A stretch of 64,000 nt of DNA from Tubiluchus corallicola (lineage: Eukaryota > Animalia > Priapulida): NCBI GenBank assembly GCA_030141605.1, contig JAQGDQ010000402.1, positions 147,514 to 211,513 of the forward strand, read 5' to 3'. A program made the translations under genes and the position numbers. Of the stretch, positions 36,813-47,760 are shown piece after piece (position 1 is the stretch's first letter; the number at the start of each line of letters is the position of its first letter). The notes beneath the pieces are model-generated. The model searched no databases. It had not been told where the DNA came from and worked only from the letters and a program-made list of their open reading frames with translations.

Positions 36813-37007
36813 ACAACTGAGGGTAAAACAGAGCCCCTGCCGGTACCTGCGACACCATCCACTCCAAAAACTGCAACCGATAGGTCAACTAAAGCAGAGC
36901 AAATGTCAACCAAGAAGCCTGGCATGCCTACAAAAGTTCCAATTCCAGTCAACAAAAAGCCAAAGGTTGGGCGACATATTAAGAAGATCGAAATAAAATC
37001 AGGGGAG
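36813..37007 (+). CDS. DAG1: Dystroglycan coding exon 6 (end of mucin, start of Ig-like domain 2)
   Basis: Branch point tgctaat, acceptor ttttgtag|ACA. PATPST and VNKKPKVGRHIKKIEIKSGE match human PATPST and [20 protein letters not shown]. Donor GAG|gtaagt, phase 0/0. Confidence 0.9.
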
Positions 37008-38174
37008 GTAAGTTTATGGTAATATGGCTTCATGTCAAATATTGTATCTTTCAATCACCTTTATTATTTTCAGTGGCAGCTCATAGCTGAAATTAGTGGG
37101 GGTGCTGCTTCAGAAAATTTTTAGCCATTGTTTTAATACAGAGTAAAATGTAACAAACATATGTAATTTTAATTTAATGTAAACATAAGTTATATTTGAA
37201 GATCGGGTGTTGAACGGCCTCTTTGCCTAATTGCAACTTTTTCATGGAAAGACAACTGTGAAAAATTAAGCCGTTGTAATTCACTTACAGAATATATTTC
37301 TTGGGCATGGACGATGTCCATTATTAAATAATTTATGTTTTAAGCTTTCACGCTAAGTTTACATTTTATCACATCCAAAAATATGACGGTACATGGTAAG
37401 CACGTGGCAGTTGTTACTGTGATAGACACAGTACTTTTCTACCTAGCTGCAGACGATAGCCTACAGTGTGTTATCTCAGCCGTATACAACAGCCAAATAC
37501 CATGTTGCTTGGGCTGTGAAGCAAATTGTACTTCTCTCACGTCCTCAAGTATAAAAAAAGAACTAAAGAAAAAGACTTATTATATTGAATATTATCAATA
37601 ATAATGAGTGAAAACAGGGGGTGCGGAAGTACTTATACACGAGCTACCACTGATTATTTTCAACACGGCGCCTAATCAAAACCCGCCAAATAGATAATCA
37701 CAAACACAACTGAAGAAATTATTATTGACAAAAGTATTAGACGTAAGAGTGGATAGTAGGCATATGTCTGATAATATTCTTGAAAACTTTGCTAAACAGC
37801 AAGTATTATGTGAATATAAAATTCAGCTATTTTGACACAATTAATAATGTACGAAAAATGGAATGGTACGAAGGTGTAGTAATGCTAAAATTCTATGTAC
37901 ATGTATTGGTTTTGTAATTATTAACAAATTGTCTTGGTGTCAAGAAGTTGTCCACAATTTTGTATAAGGGTCAAAACTTCCTGAATAGGCAGTTTAGTAA
38001 AGGATAAACGGTAGATTGCCCCCAGGATGCGAAACAACATAATCTAGCTATACCTGGTTTAAATTTTTTATAAAAAAGTATGTGTAAATGGCATTGGTAT
38101 ATGCTTCATTATTTCATCACGTTGTGAATATATTATGTTTGCAATTGCTTGCAATGATTTTTACTCTGTTACAG

Positions 38175-39239
38175 GCTTTATTGGTAACCATTCCAGAAGA
38201 CACATTTTCCGATCCAGAAGATGGCAGCACACGCAACTTATCTCTCATTTTGCTGTCAGGAAAGAAACCTCACAGACAATTACCTGTCAGTTCCTGGCTT
38301 AAACTTAATGCCACTTCACAGACGTTGCATGGAATGCCATTTGAACTGAACCAGGGAAAGCATAAATACATACTCAGAGCTATGGACAAAAGTGGTGACT
38401 CGGTTGACACCCACTTTACAATCGAAGTGATTCCCACAATGTCAAAAGAAGATGTCAAATGCTCCATGGCAGCTGAGCTCAACGTTGATTACGAGTCATT
38501 CGTGTCTGATCCAGAGATGCAGAAGGAGTTCACTCGTAAACTGTCGAAAGCCTTTGGCGATGATAATCCAGATGCTATCGTGTTGATGGAGATTCGGAAA
38601 GCATCCACGGTCATCACTTGGACAAATAGTTCTGTCCCCAAGGACGGCTGCCCTAAAGATGCAGTAGAGCATATGCGGGATGCAATGCTGGACGAAAACG
38701 GCACAGTAAAGGACAAATTTGCTGAAGCACTGGAACCGTTTCAGTTAATGACAGCAGCTTTTGAGCCGGCTGGTGATTGTGAAGGAGTAGTGGAAAGTCG
38801 CGGCGAAGTTCCATCAGCTGTTGAGCTACAGATTCCTACGGAAGAGCCGGTATTGACTAGTCCTGAACCAAAAAGCACTGAAGTTACTACTACAGAAGAG
38901 GGTGAAGTAGTGATGTCCACTATCATCCCTATTGTAGTAATAGGTGCTCTATTAATTTTAGCTATAATTATCGCAGTCATTTTATACAAACGTCACAAGA
39001 AGAAAAAAAAGGGATACGAAAAGGCAGAAACATCTGACAAAGACACTTTAAATAAACATACGCCTGTAATTTTTAGTGACGAAATTGACGAGAGCGATAA
39101 TCGCGGTCGGACACCTGCAGTAAATAATCAGGAGCATCCACCAAATCCACCCGAATACCATCCACTGCGAGAAGTACCCTCGCCAGACATGTATAGCAAC
39201 AGTAATGGCCAGCAAAACCGTCCTCTAGCCTATGCTTAA
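38175..39239 (+). CDS. DAG1: Dystroglycan coding exon 7 (Ig-like 2, SEA, TM, cytoplasmic tail)
   Basis: Acceptor ttacag|GCT. Contains IPEDTFSDPEDGST, SWLKLNATSQTLHGMP, AFGD, WTN, the conserved Cys pair (DGCPK, GDCEG), TM TIIPIVVIGALLILAIIIAVILY, basic KRHKKKKK, PVIFSDEID and PPEY. Stop TAA at 39237..39239. Confidence 0.97.
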   Translation, partial: ALLVTIPEDTFSDPEDGSTRNLSLILLSGKKPHRQLPVSSWLKLNATSQTLHGMPFELNQGKHKYILRAMDKSGDSVDTHFTIEVIPTMSKEDVKCSMAAELNVDYESFVSDPEMQKEFTRKLSKAFGDDNPDAIVLMEIRKASTVITWTNSSVPKDGCPKDAVEHMRDAMLDENGTVKDKFAEALEPFQLMTAAFEPAGDCEGVVESRGEVPSAVELQIPTEEPVLTSPEPKSTEVTTTEEGEVVMSTIIPIVVIGALLILAIIIAVILYKRHKKKKKGYEKAETSDKDTLNKHTPVIFSDEIDESDNRGRTPAVNNQEHPPNPPEYHPLREVPSPDMYSNSNGQQNRPLAYA

Positions 39240-41850
39240 TGTGCTGCTATGGTATGAACTTTAATTTCCAGTGCTTGATGGACACTGCACTTTCGGCAGA
39301 ATTTAATGGCTCTTTTTCACTTTGGACAATACATTTGCGAAGTGAATTGTTGTTAAAGAAAGCCTTTTTTGAACTCTTAGAAATTGTGATTAGTGCCTGT
39401 ATGTGACTGAGTAGGTGACATTACCTGCCTTCGTGTACTTGTTTAGTGCTGAACTTCGAGGGCCAAGTGCTTTGATTTTCGTTGATGATACCCGCGATGG
39501 AATTCTCTCATTGTTGAGTGTTACATAGTATGTAGTTTAACTTCAACATCAAAAGACCAAGCATGCTTTTAGAGAATAGTGAGGTGTGTGTTGTGGCTCC
39601 ACATTTTACTGAAGTAGCTTTTGTGTGTTCACCATTATTGCAGTTCTTAAAAAAATCTTAGGCTTTGCCTGTTTTTTAAAAAAATTAAAATCTGCTACAG
39701 AAAAGATCACTTTTCTGCAGCAAGGTTATGTAAATGACCAAGGTACTAAATTCTTTTAAATGTATCTCAAAATTTTAAATTGGCATTGCAACCGTAATTT
39801 TAATCTCATTTAAATAATTAAATTTAAGCTCACTCCGTTTTTGTCATGACGTAATTTTTTTATTTTTGTAATGAACGACTTTGTTTTTATGCAAATTTCT
39901 TTATAACATACAGGTATGTGCTAGCACAGTTATAATTTGAACAGAGAACTGAATTATCCGAAAATGATTGCTAATTTTTATGAATACAATAACGGGTAAA
40001 ATTTGGGTGCTTCTATTTGGCACTCACAGTGAGAGTGATTATGCCGAATTTCATAATACGTTATAGAAATTTGAGTTCATATGATGGATTTTTTATGTCT
40101 GTGCTATATTCTGATAGTTGGACTTCCCAGATGTACATTACCGTGTACGAGATACGCTGTACTCAGTAAGCCATGGCTGTCAAGAGGTGCCCGTGGCATA
40201 CCATGTCAGAGCGCATATCGAAGACAACTTTGCTTGATTTTGTCACGTGAAACCAGTGTTTAGATGATGTGGGCAAAGTACGTGACCTTTTTCTGCAATT
40301 GTTCCAAAAGGTGTGCTTGTATGCTTGAAGTCTGGGCCATTGCATTTCACAGAAATTGATAATGGGAAATCGAGGCAGATGGCTACTTGCTTTTCCAGAT
40401 TGTGCAGCGGTATTTAGCAGAAATATATCCTGAGTAATTCTCACCATATTCTAATGACAAGTTAAGTGAGTGAACTCATGAACTCATATCAGCGATTTTC
40501 TATAATGGGCTGATTAATGATTGTACTAATATGGTGAATGTTTGCCAATAAACAGTGACTAGAAAACTCGATTTGAAACATGTAGCATTATTGTCAAAGA
40601 CAGCAGATGGTTAGTGGTAATTGTTACGTTGAAAACATTATTTTGTCAATTGTGAATAACTTCGTATATTTGTGGCGCTTTTTCTATTTGAGCTGTACAC
40701 TGCGTACAAGACTGTTGGTGCTGCCACTTTTTTATTATTTTAGTTGTACTGTATTTAATTTTCACAATGTTAACTAGCTGTAGTTGTGTAGTGGAGTATT
40801 CTATTAATTTTTTTGCTCAAACTTATTTGAGCAATCTGTTTTGGTGTAGATTATACAGGCCTTTAGTTGCAATCAAAACTGTATTATGTATGTATGTATA
40901 TGTAAAGTGTGTTTAGTTTTAAATTGTTTTTTATTTACAAGTAGTTGTAAACAAGGTTGTACTAGCCTTTGTAAATTGACATCTAAGGACTTATTGGAAA
41001 GTGTCCAAAGCATGTATGACCATTGTCTTTTTACTTTATAAATATGCATTTCTACACTTTTAGTTATTATTAAATCAAGTGAATAGTTGTAATTTAATAA
41101 AACTGTCCTTTGGTGGGAACAGTATTTTCTGTTTGATGTGGTATAAAAACATGTAGTGTAATAAGTCTTTTATGCTGTATTTGTAGTTATGTTTTGATTT
41201 GACAAATTTTGTAATTGCAAAGATTTTTGATCAACAACTTATAGATGTAATCTGATAATTTTCTGTGTACCTGTTCGCCTAATTTGGAAATATTTAGTAC
41301 CACTCTGTACATGTACTATTAGTACGTAATTAATCTGTGAACATTTCATACGTATACTCAGGTATGCTAATAGCAGTACAGTATAAAATTATGAATAGTT
41401 ACTATGTTTTTCTTACAATATTAGTTTATATAAGTTATTTTTAGTAGCCCTTTTTTATTTTCACCTGACTGATTCGATGCCCAAGTAACTCACTAAATAG
41501 GAATGTTACGGTAAATGTGACATAGTTGTAACAAGTGTGTACACTGTTTTTATATTATTGACGATACTGTACGCTTCTGCTTTTATGATTGATGCCAATC
41601 TAGGTAAAATTTAGAATTTTATGTTAATGTTAATTAAAATACCATTTGGTTTGTTGAGACTTGGATGACAATACTATTTGCAGACGTTTTGATTTTGTAA
41701 AATTGGAATACATTTTACCGCATGCTAGTTGACATATTTAAGTTTAAATCAAACCTTCTAACTTTTTGTTGCGCTGATATGATACAAAATTTCTAAATGC
41801 AACGTGTGGCATGGAATAATAAAAATTCTCAAAAAGTACTAAAAATTCTC
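39240..41850 (+). other. DAG1: Probable long dystroglycan 3' UTR
   Basis: T/TG-rich, ORF-poor sequence with AATAAA at 40547, 41096 and 41818; the last is followed by a T/GT-rich tract. The true end is unknown. Confidence 0.45.
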
Positions 41851-44800
41851 GATTTTCTCTGTAGTGTTTCTATATTTTGCGACTGGGTAGATGACTAGGT
41901 TTAATTGAATCGAAATCATTATTATTTAACATACCCATAGATCAGATCAACTGGACTTCTTATGCCACTTGTTGGAAAAATTTGACGATGGTGTATGATT
42001 AAGCATATTGTGTAATGTAAAGATGTGTTTACAAAATTATTACAAAAAGTTATGAAAAATTGAAAAATGTGCATCTTTTGGCTGAAAATCATCATATTAC
42101 AGTTCGAAGGCTTAAAAATTATGTAAGCTGACTTTCTTATTGCCGAAATTAATAGAGATTCCTGTGTAACTTCGTATAATAAATGTATTATGTTAATAAA
42201 TTTCAGATGAAAGTTACTAATTACTTGCATTGGAAGCTTCTTTGGCATTATGTACGTCTTACAAATATTTTGTTCGCTAACTGTGTTTATAGACTTAATT
42301 TAATGTCTCTATACTCTATACTGACTATGTATTTCCTTTGAGGTTATTATACAGAATAATGGCAGTATTAGCATATAGTTACTATAACATTTTCTTTGCT
42401 GTATGTGCGTAATTTAACCACTATTGTAACTTAAACACTGCTTAGCAAGGTATGTACATCATTTCTGAAAATATTTCAAATTTGATGAGTGAGATCAAGC
42501 CTAAATTATTATCTTTCCAAAATACTGAAGTAAACTGTACTGAATTTTTTCTATGGATTATAGAATTAATTGTGTGCAGAAGCTACTCTTATTAGAGTAA
42601 AATACCAAAATTAATCAAGTTAACTAATTTTTTCTTCTATGGTGGTGGCATCTACCAGTCTCGATAGACTGGAATCAGCTGATAACTGATTTTAATCGTT
42701 TGCTGGGATTTTACATTCTGATTATTCTGTCATTCAACTGCGTATTTTTTACGCACTGAAAGAACGAAATGAGATGTTCAGAATTTCGCAATCACGATCA
42801 ACCAAAATTGAACAAATCTTATTGATTTCCCAGTGGAGAAATGAAGAGTCCAACATTATGCTCTGCATGCTGAACCGTCAGCCTTTCAATCAGTCACGTC
42901 TAGCTACTGTATTATCTAGACAAAATCCCTCTCGGTTCTCTTGCTTGCAAAATGCTGCAGCTGCGCATTACACAGAAATGCGCATTAATATTTTTGGCAG
43001 GTAGGGTGAGAGGTTGCTGTTTTTTATACAGTAATTTTTCGTGTTTACCTTGTGAATTTGTCAAATTTTGATAGTTTTTTCTCAAGCGGTGGTTGAGCAA
43101 AAAACGATAACAGAATAAGTGGAGGTAGGTTGTAGATAAGTTTTTTTTACTTTATCATATTGTATAAGATGTACGGTATCTTTTATCAATGTTTGCATTT
43201 AAGATATATTTTCATAAAAACAAGAATAAATAAATAAAATAAAGATAAGTATGCATTATCTTATTTGTTGCCCAGTATGGTAAATATTTATGCTGTTGAT
43301 AATATTTATGGTAAGCATTTAAATATTTATATTCTATGTTACCAGGCCTTATTAATATTATACTGATATCAGATGTATCAATTGAGGATAACTTTACGAT
43401 AATAATATAAATGAAAATAGAGACATGGTGATAGTATTATTAGACATACCACGCTTTTTCCTGTACATTCTGAATTCTGATTGATTTAATTGGTTTAAAC
43501 AATATCTGATTTTATTTATTTTTATTTGAATTGGTAAAATTGACGTCTGTAAATTAAAAAAAAGCAGTGGCAGTAAAATAATAGGTAGGTTTGCGATAGG
43601 CAATAGTTACCTGTAAATTGAATATGAACTTTTACTGTTACCTAGTAGACAGCTTGAAGTAAATATTATGAGAAGGTGAAATGAAACTTCTTTAACATTT
43701 TTCAGATAGATTTATGAACGAATTTAAACAGAATAGGTGGCCTTCCTAAACTTGCATATGGTTTGACTAGCTCATCCTATCTGCATAGGACTCTAGGCCA
43801 TAGTGCACATTTTTATTTCACATGTGCTGAGCACATCAAAATTTTTAAAGATTTAATTCTCTGTTGAACAAAGAAGTAGAGTCAAATGTGGAATAGTTTA
43901 GAACTTTAGATGCTAATTTACTACATATGTAAGTACACATTCAGTTACAAAAAGTATCACTACTTGATATCCAAGTATTTCACCACTCAGTAATGTGTCA
44001 TTTAAGTGACCTGTAATTGTTATGAACATTGGCAATCCAGGCACATGTTTTTGTTATAACTTGGCCAGTAGTTGCCGACCAACCTAGCAGGTAACTTAAT
44101 TATAGGTGCCATTTTACTGACAAAATAAGTAATACACTACATGTATGCATGTAGTGTCATACTTGCATGCATGTATTTATATGACTAATGTACCTAATTG
44201 ATGTATTTTTCATTTATATTTTTAAATTTTCATTCTCCTACTTATCATAAGCTCTGCATGGTTATTTGCAGCAAGCACTTGTTTGCAGGTCCGTTAAATA
44301 CATTATTTTCAATTTTTCAGCCATATTGTGATAATAAGTTGATTATTTACTTGGCCCTCTTACCTTTATATAATGTATGAAACTTGTGCACCAATCTAAT
44401 CTAGTGTTATAACTGAGTAGTTCGATTACTATTTTTGCCTTTTTCAATGTAGAAACTAGTTATTGTGTAAGCGGAATCAGCAATGCAGCTGCGTATTAAT
44501 CTCTGTCAGTTTCTTTGAATACAGTTTTATGTAGTGTGCTCACAGCAGACATATGCAGGTACGTCCAGCTGTTTTAGTGCCTGCACTGGGATTAGAAAGT
44601 CAGCACTGTATGTGCAATAAATATTTTAGCTTTATTCCCACATGAATTCAGAATTACATATCACACACAATAATTAAAAACGAAGTACAAAAATATTCAC
44701 AAAAAATGTGTGTAGTTAGCAGAAAAATAAAAAAAACGTTTAGAGAAGATGTAAATGAAATAAAATCACTCACTAGTTAACACATATCTCATTATGTAGG

Positions 44801-46911
44801 GCACAATCTTGTGCACTCTGTCAAATGTGGTTGATCCAGCACTGATGATGTACTGCCAATGCACTCTTTCTTATTTTCCATCATAGCTAGCATTTTCATA
44901 AATAACTGGTTCATTTATATATCACTTATTTCAATGGCCAGCACACAATTTGATTCACAAATATCCTGACTGTATAGTGTACACCCTGTTTTAAAATATT
45001 AGTTTTGAAGAATTTCAAAACTTGGGTGTCATTCTATAGAAATAATCTGCATTTTACATCCATGATAGAAAATTCATGATGATTCGCATATTACATTCAG
45101 AAGGGCTATATTGCTATAGTTTTCTGGAAATGCTTTTTAATATAAAAACTGTTACATATGTAATATGAGTACATTGAAGTACATTGAGTTGTATCTGTCT
45201 TGTTGCTTCACAACAATAGTTAAAATTCATAAATATATTAACTTCCCGCGTCGTCCAGATTCATAACAAATCGCGCCTCAGTTTAAATTGTAATTTTATA
45301 CATGGGAAAATGAGCCTATTTAATGCATCCGATTAAATCTCGGCTCTGCGATACGTGATGGAAAAACTGCACGTTAAATTGTTCGCGCTTTTATAGCCAT
45401 ATTTTATGCATGTTTTCCGGTTTTATTGCCTAGCTGATAATAGTTATGCAGATCATCACATTCGCATTGATCAGATCGTTGGGTGTTCATGATGGCCTGC
45501 TCGTTTCTCTGACTCATTTTTCAGTTACTTGCGTGCATTTAGGCGTAAAAATATCGCTGCCTGAATGGCCCATTTGTTATGCAGTACCACGTTAAATTGC
45601 ACTGTCACCTTTCATCTGCGTGTGTGCCATTATTATCATCATCAAGATTGACAAAGTGATGGCCTGTTTGGGCTTGTTGTTTATCCCTAGGGAGAATAGG
45701 GACTGATGAGAAATTAGGAATGTTTTTAATGCGATGTGCACTTAAAATGTACCTACTACCTTGTAAACCCTAATTACCCAAACGTGCATGATTTTGTCAT
45801 GCAAGTTAGCCTTGCCTTTATACGCGATTTTCATCTTAGCAGTTTTTGTTTCACGAACATTCCTGTACTTATGCCGCCTGAGTAGCAGGAGTTTAGGAAA
45901 GTGAGAGAATAATATTAGGTATCATAATCTTACAGTTGAACGGCGAATGTAAAAAAAATATGTTATTATCCGTTCATACTGTATAGGTGAAAACTGTAGA
46001 GTAGTTTTAACTCTAGTGAAAAAAAACTTGATGAATGTAAATAACGATTTGCGTGGGTGGACTAAAACTGGAGTTAAATGCGTCCCGTTCTAGTTTGGTT
46101 ATACGTATAGGTATATAAGGTACATCACCTTTTAAGTGTTAGGAATTTTTGGTCATACGAGGTACTATTATGGATTATTATTATTATATTTATACAAAAT
46201 TCTTTTCGAAATTTCAGAGCTTTTCATTTCGGAAAAACAGAAACAAACAAGGCTTTTCCTCGTTAACATTTTGTATGTTAGTAAAATGTTTCTTGTCATT
46301 CTTGAATGGTTATTTAGAACATTTTTAACCTTTTAGTTGACCCTTTATTCAATTCTCCTAACAGTATTTTTTGCTCAGAACTAACTATCATATGATACTA
46401 GTGTTTATAAAACTTTTTCCTCTCGCTGCAGAGGAATTCAACAACTCTGTAAATTCCTATCATAAAAGTTTGCAGATTTTGTCTGATGCCTCCTCTAATC
46501 TTGGCGGTAACATCTTTGACAGTTAGAGGTAGATGCAGAAATTGCAAGGAGTTACATGAAACAGATGCATAGCTGAAGCCACGCACGGGACGGGAAGTTG
46601 TCCAGGAATACGCTGCTGCATGCGTGGAGCAGTCAGCACATGGCTGCCACTTTTTTCCTCGTGGGAAGATATCATTTGTCTCATCTTGTTGGTTTGAACC
46701 CGTGCGCAGTCTTAAGCGTTTTAATTCTTGTCGGTTTGCAGTTTAACGAGTTATAGTTATGAATAATATTTAATGCTGGAACTGACTATTTGGTTCATTG
46801 GAACTTTCTCAACCACAAATTTGGATCACTTTTGAAGGAAAACTGCCCCACTTGTTTCATTAGTAATTCAGAATGTTGTATAAACTCGATGACTAACTAC
46901 CGCTATTACTG

Positions 46912-47640
46912 TACTAGGACGAAGTGAATAGATGGGTGGTTACGATAAGTATTTTGCAGCCAAAGTTAAGCAACACAGGGCTGATTGATATATGAATGGC
47001 TGACAGTAAGAGGTATCTATTGAGGTCTCCGACTCAATAAGTATGTTTGTTCATCTGTATCTGTAGTAAAAGCGTCTACCACACGACGATAATAGACACA
47101 TTGTCAACCATTTTATTTCATACTAAATGACTTTCATCTTTTCAAATGCTCTTTTAATTTTGTAACTCTTCATCTTTTTTTCATCTGCCATACTGCCATC
47201 GGCTCTTTATCTCACTGAGGAAGGGACTGTGCTCTGAAAGTGGCTAAGACACATCCTGCTCAGCATTTTATTTTAGAGGACTATCTTGATAACAAGGCAG
47301 ATTGCGGTTCTGCCACAGACCTCAGCATATGAAGTACACTGTGGATACCGGTTTGCTTTGAAACCAGGCAAAATAGAATGAAGAGTTGCAAAATTAAAAG
47401 GTCTTGGAAAAGACGAAAATCATTTAGTATGGAACAAAATGAATAACATTGTGCTTATTATTGTCGTATGGTAGACAGTTTTACTACAGATACAGATGAA
47501 CAAAAATATCTATTGAGTCTGAGATCTCAGTAGATTCTCCTTGCTGTCAGCCATTTATTTATCAACCAGGCCCAGCATTGCCTAACTTTGGTCGCAAAAT
47601 ACTCGCCATAACCACCCAACTATTCACCTCGTACATAGTA
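46912..47640. repeat. Long inverted repeat (arms ~46912..47173 and ~47378..47640) made of two tRNA/5S-headed repeat copies (B and C)
   Basis: The arms align over ~260 bp, roughly 80% identical by eye. Examples: tttgttcatctgtatctgtagtaaaa / ttttactacagatacagatgaacaaa, and the heads ccaaagttaagcaacacagggctgatt / ccaaagttaggcaatgctgggcctggtt. Confidence 0.92.
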
Positions 47641-47717
47641 GTATGCTAAACAGTATAGAGAAATTACATGAATACATGGTTGTTAAAAGTACCTTTATTA
47701 ATGTACCTTTGATTACG

Positions 47718-47760
47718 GTTAAGGTTAGGTAGGGTTAGGATTAAGGATAGGGTTATGGTA
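47718..47760. repeat. Degenerate (GGTTAG)n telomere-like hexamer run
   Basis: ggttaaggttaggtagggttaggattaaggatagggttatgg. Confidence 0.7.

Noticed and set aside
38088-38174. Hydrophobic N-terminus of the 383-aa ORF as a signal peptide of a standalone gene
   Set aside because: It is the intron's polypyrimidine region read in frame; homology begins at the acceptor (38175). An internal start cannot be fully excluded but has no support.
38270-38989. Minus-strand ORFs 38270..38482, 38489..38716, 38741..38989 (also 29380..29592, 36164..36394, 36791..37054)
   Set aside because: Antisense shadows of dystroglycan exons.
47718-47760. True telomere or chromosome fusion site
   Set aside because: Only ~7 degenerate hexamers; such runs are common inside transposons.
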